A stretch of DNA of 64,000 bases. It comes from a virus. The DNA is taken from positions 75,838 to 139,837 of the IMG/VR virus record IMGVR_UViG_3300033064_003894; one strand, 5' to 3'. A model generated the notes under the pieces. It made no database searches. It was given only the letters and a program-made list of their open reading frames with translations, and was not told the origin of the DNA. A program made the translations under genes and the position numbers. Within the stretch, counting starts at the first letter, position 1, and every line of letters begins with the position of its first letter. Below are positions 47,744 through 57,215 of the stretch, piece by piece.

Positions 47744-49642
47744 TTAGAATCTTGGCTCAACGTCTCTAATTTCAAAGACGCCCAGGTTTACGTCTATCGG
47801 ATCAGCTATAACTTGTTGATGTCTGTTTTCTACTTCATGCCAAGCATAGCCAACATAGTTGGCATCGCCGACTTGAGCATCGCCGACTTGAGCATCGCCG
47901 ACTTGAGCATCGACGACTTGAGCCTGCTGATGCATCTCTATGAACCTAGCCAGAATAGGTTCATTAATATTCACGTTGAGTGGTTTTGGATACTGTTTGT
48001 TATATACATCCTTTAAGTCTTTTTCTAATTTCACAAGATCTGCATGGTTAAATAAGGATGACATCAAATCATTAATAGCAAATATTATCTCTGGCTCTTT
48101 CACCCCGTAGAAGAATGAATACTTAAGTGAAGCAGCAATCTCGGTTGTGTTGTCAATCCCTTCATCTGAGCAAAAGTCTGAAACATAATTAATTGCGCCA
48201 ACAAGATTTTTAACATTAAAGAGAATACCGTTTGAGACAAACTTACCCATAGAGATTAGCTTACTAGACCTTATTTTTACAATGTCATTTTTAAGAGCGA
48301 CAACCTTATTAGAAAAAGCGGCACTTGACAAAGTTTTACACCACAGTGAGCAAATTGTTTCGACAGAATAATATTGTTCAGGGTTGATATAGCCCGAATC
48401 TTTGTTGTAAGTGTTCATGACCTCTGACAATAAGCTCATCATAGAAAAGATGTCACCTGTTGCGCAATATGACTTAAGCGCTCCTTCGTACGATCCTAAG
48501 CAAACTTCGTTATCCACACTTACGTGTGGATGTCTAATAGTCTCCCTAAGCCCGTGATCAGGAATCTCAGCTCGTTCACCACATGAAGGCCCGGAAATCA
48601 AATCCGCATATGCACAAACTCTATTCGACTCAAGACTATATACGACCATTATATCGTAAAAACCGACACTAGTAGGAGATACTTGAACACTTATCATATC
48701 TGTTTGTGACGAGACTTTTTTTATAGCACACTTGATGGTTAATCTAAATTTAACCTGGTATGCCTGAGACAAAGAGATGAATTTTGAAATGTCACGATTG
48801 AGTAAATCAGTTACTGAGCATCTTTTGCTAATATAATTGTCAGAAGAATGATCTCTATTTGAGAGTCCACTACTAAATGGCGAGCATATAACATTTTTTT
48901 TGCTTTCATTTATTAGATATCCATTAGAGATTATAGAGAATTCTTCTAACTTACAGTTATTTGTATGTGAAAAATTATTACCTTTATATATAGAAGAGTC
49001 TACGCCGTCAATTATAGCTGCAGCCAATGAAGCACGCACTATCGCTCCATTTATATTTGCCACACTATGAGCATACGTTTGTTTATTATATCTAGAAATG
49101 TTCAGGTTATGAATAGCTGAACTGTTAGAAGAAATCAAATATGGTCTAGGAATAATATTAAAGCATTCCTTACTTACTATTACGCCATCGTACATCTTAA
49201 GTAGACGAATAAAACTCCTAATCTCCTCGGATGACACATAAAGAACAATGTTTGTTAAATATATCCCCTCTATTGACGAAACGAACTTCATAGTTATTGG
49301 TATTTTCTTTATTAAATAAAAATCATAAAACGCGTCATTAGATCTTTCAAATGGGAAAACTGTAATATCAAACGAATTCATTGGACCTGCACCAGATTTT
49401 ATAGCAGAAGGAATTAGTGCATTGATGGTTAATGTTAATACACTTTTATATGAACCAACAGACCGCCTTGTCTTTATATTAACTGTCTTTATTGGCCTGC
49501 CATAGAGAATAGTTACTCGTTTACTTTTCAATGGCAAGGCATCGTTCTTTTTTGGAGACCAATGCAGTTCAGAAGTATTAACCACTGCGTGAAATAGTTT
49601 GTTAATATATGAAAGGTTGGTACGGCATGTAATTAATGCCAA
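47744..49642 (-). CDS. Large protein with prokaryotic E2 (UBC-like) domain
   Basis: RHPHVSVDNEVCLG...LLSEVMNTYN.DS.Y. Confidence 0.75.
   Translation of the reverse strand: MALITCRTNLSYINKLFHAVVNTSELHWSPKKNDALPLKSKRVTILYGRPIKTVNIKTRRSVGSYKSVLTLTINALIPSAIKSGAGPMNSFDITVFPFERSNDAFYDFYLIKKIPITMKFVSSIEGIYLTNIVLYVSSEEIRSFIRLLKMYDGVIVSKECFNIIPRPYLISSNSSAIHNLNISRYNKQTYAHSVANINGAIVRASLAAAIIDGVDSSIYKGNNFSHTNNCKLEEFSIISNGYLINESKKNVICSPFSSGLSNRDHSSDNYISKRCSVTDLLNRDISKFISLSQAYQVKFRLTIKCAIKKVSSQTDMISVQVSPTSVGFYDIMVVYSLESNRVCAYADLISGPSCGERAEIPDHGLRETIRHPHVSVDNEVCLGSYEGALKSYCATGDIFSMMSLLSEVMNTYNKDSGYINPEQYYSVETICSLWCKTLSSAAFSNKVVALKNDIVKIRSSKLISMGKFVSNGILFNVKNLVGAINYVSDFCSDEGIDNTTEIAASLKYSFFYGVKEPEIIFAINDLMSSLFNHADLVKLEKDLKDVYNKQYPKPLNVNINEPILARFIEMHQQAQVVDAQVGDAQVGDAQVGDANYVGYAWHEVENRHQQVIADPIDVNLGVFEIRDVEPRF
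47862..47921 (-). repeat. 15-bp tandem repeat x4 encoding QVGDA
   Basis: GCATCGCCGACTTGA x3 + GCATCGACGACTTGA (+ strand). Confidence 0.9.
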
Positions 49643-49698
49643 GTCCTCTATTAGTGTTGCTAAATTATTACGTAGCTTTTTCTTTTCTTTCTGGTTGC

Positions 49699-50544
49699 TT
49701 ATGGCTTTACTCCTAACTCTCCCATGCAGGTCGTGTAAAATTCACACATTGTCTTTTTACATAAGAAGGAGTTTGTATTATATGCGAATATCTCTGGGTT
49801 TGATATGCCGGCCTTAATGAAGCTAATTGCCCAGTTTATTTTTTTCTCTACAAAGCCAAGGTGAGCAGCAGTTACAGGCTCTTCTATTTGTATTACCTCA
49901 GGATCTCCTCGCTTCTTAAGAAGAGCAATATCATACCTTGTAGACTTACTGTTTATACCATTCTTGTTCGCTAAATAGGCATACGAAGTATTCTGCCATC
50001 TAGACTCTATATTTCCCCATCTTTTCCAGGCGGTCTTGTTGTCTATAACAACATTGGATGTGTCAATTGTGTCTATATATCCATGGAATGGGATCTCTAG
50101 AGAATCGTCAGAAAGATGCGCCTGGACGTGTGACGGCTCTACGCTAGGGAAGACTTCTCTGTTAAACAAGATAATTCCTTTATGACAGCTTGATTTTGCA
50201 GTGTCAATCTGTTCTCCCTTAGAGCCCTCATCATCAAATATGATTTCTCCACTTTGCTCATTTATATACGCTTCTGCGTAATCAGTTAGAACAGATACAG
50301 GCAAATCCTTTCCTTCTCTCTTTTTTGACCGGTAGTTAAAATCTAAAGTTTTATCGAAGGCTGACCCTACAAACATTTTAAAGCTATCCCTTGTTATGGG
50401 GCGTTGCTGTAAAATATATCTCTTGTAGAATAGCTGAGGGCAAATCTCAAGAGAGGAGATTGCCGAATACGACAACCTCCTCACAGGATACAAACTACCT
50501 TTTAGAGAGTTTCGTTCTTCAAATTCATTAGAAGGGTGGGTCAT
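49699..50544 (-). CDS. PD-(D/E)xK Cas4/RecB-like exonuclease
   Basis: LSYSAI...CP, GYIDTI..VIDNKT, Q..SY, C-terminal C..C.F...C. Confidence 0.8.
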   Translation of the reverse strand: MTHPSNEFEERNSLKGSLYPVRRLSYSAISSLEICPQLFYKRYILQQRPITRDSFKMFVGSAFDKTLDFNYRSKKREGKDLPVSVLTDYAEAYINEQSGEIIFDDEGSKGEQIDTAKSSCHKGIILFNREVFPSVEPSHVQAHLSDDSLEIPFHGYIDTIDTSNVVIDNKTAWKRWGNIESRWQNTSYAYLANKNGINSKSTRYDIALLKKRGDPEVIQIEEPVTAAHLGFVEKKINWAISFIKAGISNPEIFAYNTNSFLCKKTMCEFYTTCMGELGVKP

Positions 50545-51067
50545 TGGCTGGGCGATAGGTGCCCTCTCCGTAAACTGGTCTACGTTGACCCTCTCCGTAA
50601 GCGGGACTACGTTGATTCTGCGGAGGATCATTATATCTAGGCTGAGATAGCTGAGCTTGTCCCTTATTCTGACTCTGATCTCTTGGATTAAGGTCTTCAA
50701 GCTGCCCAATTGCTCCAGGCGGGTGATGTTTCACATTATAAAACACTCCTCCGTCGTTACGTTGAGAGCCATGAGACACCTCAAGGTCAAGGATCTTGCC
50801 TTTCAGCTGATCAGTTTCAAGACCTCCATCCATGCCAATAGCGTCGCAAAGCTCGCGAAGCTTCCATCCGAATTTCTTAGTATTGTATGAGCAGAATAAT
50901 GATCCTGCGTTTGTTCTATAACCTATCCTTACAGAGTAGCTTGCATCTGGTTTAACAGAGGCATTGCAATAGAATATCTCTGCTCTAAAGTTACCTTTCG
51001 GGTGTATGGGGTCTTTATCCCCTTTATTTTGTTGTTGTCCATCAGGACTATTCAGCGGAATTTTCAT
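50528..51067 (-). CDS. Single-stranded DNA-binding protein (DUF669-like)
   Basis: PKGNF OB-fold start, LRELCDAIG, disordered tail ending NDPPF. Confidence 0.65.
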   Translation of the reverse strand: MKIPLNSPDGQQQNKGDKDPIHPKGNFRAEIFYCNASVKPDASYSVRIGYRTNAGSLFCSYNTKKFGWKLRELCDAIGMDGGLETDQLKGKILDLEVSHGSQRNDGGVFYNVKHHPPGAIGQLEDLNPRDQSQNKGQAQLSQPRYNDPPQNQRSPAYGEGQRRPVYGEGTYRPANDPPF

Positions 51068-51842
51068 CTTTTCTTGTTGTTCGTTTTTTTGCTTTTGAAA
51101 GCATCTTTTGTAAGCTGTCTATGGCAAGTTTAATTGTTGCCTCTCTAGCAGCATACGGGATAGAGTTTATCATATAGGAGGCTTTAGTCATAATTGCAGC
51201 GACTATATAGTGCGGCAATATGGTTGTGTCCGTTGTGGATATTTTAAGGTTTTCAACATTACCACATTGAGGGCAAATCTTGTCTGCAAACTTAGAAATA
51301 TTTCTAATATTAGACTGACCCATCTTAATATCTTGTATAGTCCTCTTTAGGTCTTCCTTTGTTATCCCAGCAGGATCCCTAGTTTTTACTGCTCTTGTGA
51401 TGATTTCTTCTGGTATCCCAAGAGTGTCAGACAAGACGCCGTAGAATTTCTCTTCATATTTTGTAGCACTAAACATTCGTAGCCAGATCCTCTCAAGATT
51501 TGAAACTGTTGACGCTATATTTATAGATCCAAAATCTGTTGAGTCGACCTTGTCTTTTATAATTCGCTTTATTTCTATAATACATCGATCTTCTTCTCCT
51601 CCGATTATACATTCTATGCTTGAGTGCCCAAGTCGCTTATAAGCAGAAATTATGTTTGAGTCTTTAAAGCATAAAAAATAGTTTTCCATTCTGAATACAA
51701 TTGGTTTAATTACCATTCGATTCTTCTGTATATATTCTATAGTTTTGCCTATGTTTGGTCCGTAGCCACGGACTTGTCTTATTAAGTCTAGGCTTATTTT
51801 GCCAATACCGTTCGGATGACTAAAAAGAGGTTGCTCTGGCAC
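51048..51842 (-). CDS. Hypothetical protein, possibly ParB-like N-terminus
   Basis: ISLDLI..KPIV..AYKRLG...IECII; CPQC. Confidence 0.4.
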   Translation of the reverse strand: MPEQPLFSHPNGIGKISLDLIRQVRGYGPNIGKTIEYIQKNRMVIKPIVFRMENYFLCFKDSNIISAYKRLGHSSIECIIGGEEDRCIIEIKRIIKDKVDSTDFGSINIASTVSNLERIWLRMFSATKYEEKFYGVLSDTLGIPEEIITRAVKTRDPAGITKEDLKRTIQDIKMGQSNIRNISKFADKICPQCGNVENLKISTTDTTILPHYIVAAIMTKASYMINSIPYAAREATIKLAIDSLQKMLSKAKKRTTRKDENSAE

Positions 51843-53790
51843 GAACGTCCTCCTGAGGTGTTTTGAATTGCATAGTTTCTGTATCGAATACCAAGGTTAC
51901 GTCAATGTTAGCCTTTCCTCTTCTATTTTTCAAGACACGAATTACAAATTTATCTTCTCCTGTGCTTACGCCAGGTCTGAAACTTCCAAGTATGATGTCA
52001 GCAGACTCTTCAGTTTGCCCACTATCTCTTCCAGAGCTTATCTCAACAATTGCCTCAGAGTTCTCTACAGATCTATTTACCTGGTGAAGATAGAAAACTG
52101 CCATTTCATGACGCTTTGCTATAGTTTTAAGTCCCTTTGCAAGTCCACTTATATGCTCATAGCTATTAGCATTCTTTTGCGCAACACGGTTAAGGTAGTC
52201 GATAAATACAACCTTAACACCATACAATTCTTTTGCCTTATGAACGTACTGCTCAATCTTATCTATATCTATGCTGTCTTCGTCTACTATGAATACATTT
52301 TTAAAGGCGTCGCCAGTTTTGTCTGTAAGTCCTTTAGAGATCTCGTCTTTAGTCTTCTTTGCATTCATTAAATCAACAACGATTCTTTCAAGCGCAACTG
52401 AGGTTTTATTTGAGGCCATCTGGAATCCTCTCTCTGCAATATCGGCTCCTGTCATCTCAAGAGACATAAACAAAGACGGAATGCCCATCTTGCTTAGATT
52501 ATTCATACAGTGCATAGCAAAGGCCGTTTTACCTCCTCCAGCTTTAGCCATGTACTGAAGTACGTGCCCCATATGTAACTTTACATATTGATCAAGCTCA
52601 GGTATTCCAAGAGTTATTCCTCCACTTTCAGAATAGAAACGATCTACATACTCCTTAAATATAGACTCCTTAGTCTTAAAAGAAGAGTGTGATATAGCAT
52701 CGTCCTCCTTTTTACCCTTTACAAGCTTGCTGTACAAAAAGCACTTATTGCTGCACCTTGAAGCAAGTATGTCATCATAGCATCCGAAGTCCATGTTATT
52801 TGAGAAGGCACTCTTAACTGATTTACGCACTTCCCAATCCTGCATAGGAGGATCATTCTTTAAGTTCCACGACAGAAGAATTCCTTCTACGGCATCTATA
52901 GAAAGTCCCTGTTTTCTGTAATGGTCAGACAAACGTATTGAGACCTTGTCTCTTTCTCCAGAACCAACACCATGCATTAATCTAGCGATGCATATTTTCC
53001 CGTTCTTAATGGCGTCCTCTCCAGACCTTGAGATTGGAAATTCAATCCTATCCATAGGCTCTTCTTCAAACGCCATCATTGTAGCTTCAAACATAATTGT
53101 TTTAAGCTTCTCATTAGGCCCGTCTACACTTAATACGTACAGAGGCTCTTTAGGAAGTTGCGCTCTTTCATATATATGATTTATATCTCCAAAGACATCT
53201 CTAGGCTGCACTTGAACTTTATATAGTCCAGACTTTTTATGTTTAGAGTTTGGTAAGCGTATAAGCCTAGTCTTATCGTAGATCAAGTCTATACCAGCCT
53301 TTTCTCCTTTAGCTAAAGGACATTCTGCATATTTAGCTAATAATGACACAAACCTTTTTATGGTACGGTTTGCATCCTGACCTGAAGCTATACCTATCAA
53401 ATCATCTGGAATATATATATGGAACCCCTTTGCTCCGGAGAAAAACAGATAAAATGACTTCTCTTCAATCTCGCAGTCCTCTATAAGGTAGCTAACCATA
53501 TCCGAAGCGACCTTAGCTGCTTCTTCTATGTCCCCTGTAGGAGAGTCTATATCTATGATTACATATGGAGCATATGTCGGTCCAGAGAAGCCAGATACAG
53601 ATTTATTTGTTGAGATGTGATCTTTGAATGAGTCATCAAAGGCAAACATTCCCATATAGGCGTCTTCATGTAAAAGTCTTCCACTGAATGATCCCCAGAA
53701 TGTTGAGTGATAGTCAACGCAGTTATTTCTATTAGCTACGCCATTTTTGGCGAAATCCGTCCACTTAAACTTTTCTGAATCGTTGCTCAT
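51820..53790 (-). CDS. Primase-helicase (AEP primase + PriCT + DnaB-like SF4 helicase)
   Basis: IDID, FSGAKGFH, RLPNSKH; AKAGGGKT, SLEM, FIDYL, HQVNR, SGQTEESAD, KNRRG. Confidence 0.9.
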   Translation of the reverse strand: MSNDSEKFKWTDFAKNGVANRNNCVDYHSTFWGSFSGRLLHEDAYMGMFAFDDSFKDHISTNKSVSGFSGPTYAPYVIIDIDSPTGDIEEAAKVASDMVSYLIEDCEIEEKSFYLFFSGAKGFHIYIPDDLIGIASGQDANRTIKRFVSLLAKYAECPLAKGEKAGIDLIYDKTRLIRLPNSKHKKSGLYKVQVQPRDVFGDINHIYERAQLPKEPLYVLSVDGPNEKLKTIMFEATMMAFEEEPMDRIEFPISRSGEDAIKNGKICIARLMHGVGSGERDKVSIRLSDHYRKQGLSIDAVEGILLSWNLKNDPPMQDWEVRKSVKSAFSNNMDFGCYDDILASRCSNKCFLYSKLVKGKKEDDAISHSSFKTKESIFKEYVDRFYSESGGITLGIPELDQYVKLHMGHVLQYMAKAGGGKTAFAMHCMNNLSKMGIPSLFMSLEMTGADIAERGFQMASNKTSVALERIVVDLMNAKKTKDEISKGLTDKTGDAFKNVFIVDEDSIDIDKIEQYVHKAKELYGVKVVFIDYLNRVAQKNANSYEHISGLAKGLKTIAKRHEMAVFYLHQVNRSVENSEAIVEISSGRDSGQTEESADIILGSFRPGVSTGEDKFVIRVLKNRRGKANIDVTLVFDTETMQFKTPQEDVRARATSF

Positions 53791-54310
53791 GTTTTAGTCT
53801 TAATACTTCAACAGGTAAGGAGTCTACTGATTTTTGATAGCTCTGCCAAATAATTCTTTGCTTAGTTGCGCCTCTTGATGCGTTTATCTTTTTAATAGCT
53901 TCCCACTGGGCCAATGAAACCTTCATGTACAACTCTTCTTCTCTAATTGAATCTACACCTAAGCTCTTGACTGAATCCCAAACAGGTCCCGTTTTCCTTA
54001 CAATAGAATCTATTGCAGAAGACAGCCCAACAATGTCAAGATCAATAGCCCACCTGTTCTTAAGTATTGAGTACTCAAGGCGCTTGTTTTTTAATGTCCT
54101 TGCTGTGCTCACCAGCATTCCAGTAAGATTCGGGATCTCCTTGCCTTCAAGAATAAGCTTAGTTGCAAACTCCATTGATTTATATGCTGCGTCATCTCCA
54201 TAAAACTTTGAGATCCTTCTCATTAATGAATATACGTTAAATTTTTCGTCTATTAACTCGTTCTCTTTTAGTAGATTTCCGAACTCTTCCAGGTCTTCTC
54301 CCGCTATCAT
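53765..54310 (-). CDS. Hypothetical protein
   Basis: ORF between the two helicase genes. Confidence 0.5.
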   Translation of the reverse strand: MIAGEDLEEFGNLLKENELIDEKFNVYSLMRRISKFYGDDAAYKSMEFATKLILEGKEIPNLTGMLVSTARTLKNKRLEYSILKNRWAIDLDIVGLSSAIDSIVRKTGPVWDSVKSLGVDSIREEELYMKVSLAQWEAIKKINASRGATKQRIIWQSYQKSVDSLPVEVLRLKHEQRFRKV

Positions 54311-55979
54311 TTTTTTGCCTAATCAACTCGTCAATTATAAAGGTGGCCTGACCGCGATTAGTGATGCTGTCAGGAATGGTTGTTTTATAAGACAGACGCT
54401 TTATTAAAGCAATCTGGCTTTCAGTAGGACGACTGTCTCGCCAAGAAGCGTTTCTTTTATACAAGGTTGTTTTATTGTTGTCTCCAACAATCTTCTCACC
54501 CCTCTTAAAGCACTCCTTGGCGTCCCCAGTATACAGCAAGTCCCATTGCTCGTAAGGCTTTCTATGCCAAATCTCCCACTCTCCCAAAGCGTTCTCTCTT
54601 ATTGAGATGTTACCTACGCCAGCAGAAGAGATGTTATATGAGCCGTCAGAAATCTTCTTCCAGTACAATTTAGAATTCTTCTTAGAGAATGAGTCTTCTC
54701 TTTGTTCGTATATTTTTGACATTAAGTCCAAGATGTCAACAGACGAGACCTTAAGCACAACATCGTCTAGAGTAGATACATCTAATGCTTCAGCAACAGA
54801 GTCTGGCGTGAAGTTTGGGAAAAGAGGAGCAATGAAGTCCTTAATCTTTTTCCACTCCTTATATCCACACTTCTCTGTTGGAGCATTAAATATAGAATCA
54901 GAATGAACGGACGGTAGCTCTGTCCTATCATAGAAGTCTATTAGTATTACATGCTCTTTTGATGCGTGCGGACGTAGCCCCCTCCCAATTATTTGAGAAT
55001 ACAATACAGGCGATCTTGTAGGACGCGCCATAATTATGCACCCAATGTCAGGCACATCGAATCCTTCCGTAAGGACAGAAACGTTAGTTAGTATTCTTAG
55101 ATCACCAGAACGGAACCGATCAATGATATCCCTTCTCTCTTCTTTAGGAGTTGCTCCGCAGACAAATCCTGATTTCAATCCGTATTGATTACACATGGCA
55201 TTTATGCTGCGAGCATGATCAAGGTCAGCACAGAAAATTACAGCCTTTGATCCTTTCCCATATTCCTTGTATGCCTTAATGATCTGTTCATTGCGGTTGT
55301 CTGTATTAATTCTTTCTGACAACATAGAAGGAGAATAATCTCCAGAAGACATTTTGATGCCAGCAAGATCAGTTTCAGTCTCTATTTTGTACGCTTTTAT
55401 GTCACACAGGAATCCTTCAAGTATCAAGTCTCCTATCTTCTGAACGAAGGTTATCTCTTGAAATACATCAGACATCTTCTGTCCATCTCCCCTGAAAGGA
55501 GTTGCGGTAATTCCTATATGTATGTTTGAGGTTTTGCTGCTAGGGTAAAGACCGAAGTATTCATAAATAGATTTGTACGTTTCAGCACAAGAGTGATGAG
55601 CCTCATCTGTTATCACTAGTATCGATTTATCTAATGGATCAGGGAAGCATTCTTTTAGCCTCCCTATCCTAGAACCACCAATAGAGCTCACAGAGGCGAT
55701 TACAATAGAATCTTGACTGGTAGCCCTATTAGAGGCAATCTCCTTGCCTATTGATAAGGATGGGTATTTTAAAGCAAACGTGTCATATGCCTGATCGATT
55801 AGCTCTTCTCTGTGAGCAAGGAACAGAACCCGGCTTGGTTTTATTCTTTCTGGAAGGTATGCAGAAAATATCGTCTTACCACCTCCGGTTGGACAAACGC
55901 AAAGTTGTCGGTTTATTCCTCTCTTGAGAGCCTCTTCAACATTTGATATACACGTCTTCTGGTAGTGTCGTAGTTCCAT
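54237..55979 (-). CDS. SF2 DEAH-box helicase
   Basis: LRHYQ, PTGGGKT, DEAHH, TATP, LTEGFDVP, QIIGRGLR. Confidence 0.93.
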   Translation of the reverse strand: MELRHYQKTCISNVEEALKRGINRQLCVCPTGGGKTIFSAYLPERIKPSRVLFLAHREELIDQAYDTFALKYPSLSIGKEIASNRATSQDSIVIASVSSIGGSRIGRLKECFPDPLDKSILVITDEAHHSCAETYKSIYEYFGLYPSSKTSNIHIGITATPFRGDGQKMSDVFQEITFVQKIGDLILEGFLCDIKAYKIETETDLAGIKMSSGDYSPSMLSERINTDNRNEQIIKAYKEYGKGSKAVIFCADLDHARSINAMCNQYGLKSGFVCGATPKEERRDIIDRFRSGDLRILTNVSVLTEGFDVPDIGCIIMARPTRSPVLYSQIIGRGLRPHASKEHVILIDFYDRTELPSVHSDSIFNAPTEKCGYKEWKKIKDFIAPLFPNFTPDSVAEALDVSTLDDVVLKVSSVDILDLMSKIYEQREDSFSKKNSKLYWKKISDGSYNISSAGVGNISIRENALGEWEIWHRKPYEQWDLLYTGDAKECFKRGEKIVGDNNKTTLYKRNASWRDSRPTESQIALIKRLSYKTTIPDSITNRGQATFIIDELIRQKNDSGRRPGRVRKSTKRERVNRRKI

Positions 55980-57124
55980 TATAAGTTTCGGAATATGAGC
56001 ATCTCAGTGCACCCAGTCACAAATTGTCCTGGAACTTGAGGCTCATGTATGTTGGTTTTAACGTCGCAAATAAGGCGACGTTCTAATTGCATGTTTCGAG
56101 ATATCACATCTATTGCGGATAACACAATGTCATCCTTAGGAGTGTAAACGTGTCCAGGCTGTCTAAGCATTAGAGCAAAAACGCCATTCTCTCGTATATT
56201 GTCTTTCGCATTCATGGAGACAAGCATTATATAATCAAGATAGACTCCTATGTCGTCTTGAGTCACTTGATTATAAGGGGCAGTCTCTTCCCAGCTCCCA
56301 TCTCCCCAAACAAATCTTGGCATGTCTGCAAATATAAGGTGAGCCCTCTTATTGGAGAGCAAATCCTTGTTCCAAGGCTCGAAACTGTTTGCCTTAAAGT
56401 ATTTTTCTCCGTGACGCCTGGCCGGACCAGTTACATGATTTATGTCCCAACCCATATAATTTCTGCTCATAGCTCTTGCTACGTCAATCTCTGTTCCGCT
56501 TCCAACGAACGGGAAGTAACACAGGTCTCCCTCCCTTGTATAGTGGTAGAGAACATTTACAGCTATCTCATACGGGAGTCTGCCTGGATAAGTTTCACCG
56601 AACCTTGGGTCCGTCTTTAATCCTGGCTTCCACAGCGTAGTTCTAAAAATCTTTGTATCCTCCTCTACTTTACCTCTTGGCATCTTGGACGAAATAAGAG
56701 CAACAACTGACTTCTTATCCATCTTTGTTTTTACCGCATCTTCGAGGATTTTCTTCTTGTCTGCGTCTAAAAGCTTGTTGTTGTACAGTATTTCCTTAAC
56801 AGTTGACTGTCCAATAACCATATTAGTTACTTCGTCGTGATCTCCTAAAATGGCATACGAATCACGGTATATACTATGAGCGTTACGAACGGATGCAGCG
56901 CTTACGCTAGCAGCTACAGCTATGTCATGATATATTTTACCCATACCGCGAGGCGTTCCTCTTAAGCGAGGAGAAGACATGTGAAGAACATTTAAAGCCC
57001 CCTCACACGCTTCATATACTTTTTTCATCCCAGCCCAAGTAGCTACAGAGATTTGATTCTCTAGATCAGTAATGATTTGCCTGCCGTTTTCTATAGCAAG
57101 CTCGTATTCAGTAATTGCTGTCAT
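55979..57124 (-). CDS. DNA amino-methyltransferase-like protein, degenerate motif IV
   Basis: YPGRLP, PFVGSGT, GWDI, but ADMPRF where DPPY is expected. Confidence 0.7.
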   Translation of the reverse strand: MTAITEYELAIENGRQIITDLENQISVATWAGMKKVYEACEGALNVLHMSSPRLRGTPRGMGKIYHDIAVAASVSAASVRNAHSIYRDSYAILGDHDEVTNMVIGQSTVKEILYNNKLLDADKKKILEDAVKTKMDKKSVVALISSKMPRGKVEEDTKIFRTTLWKPGLKTDPRFGETYPGRLPYEIAVNVLYHYTREGDLCYFPFVGSGTEIDVARAMSRNYMGWDINHVTGPARRHGEKYFKANSFEPWNKDLLSNKRAHLIFADMPRFVWGDGSWEETAPYNQVTQDDIGVYLDYIMLVSMNAKDNIRENGVFALMLRQPGHVYTPKDDIVLSAIDVISRNMQLERRLICDVKTNIHEPQVPGQFVTGCTEMLIFRNL

Positions 57125-57215
57125 GAGATCAATTGTATGGTGTCAAATTACAGAAATCAACCTTAAATGCGGTTGATTTTTAACACACAGGATGTACAAT
57201 CCCTGTCCAACAAAA

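Noticed and set aside
50545-50709. N-terminal extension of the exonuclease ORF
   Set aside because: Overlaps the SSB gene; ATG 50544 fits the domain start better
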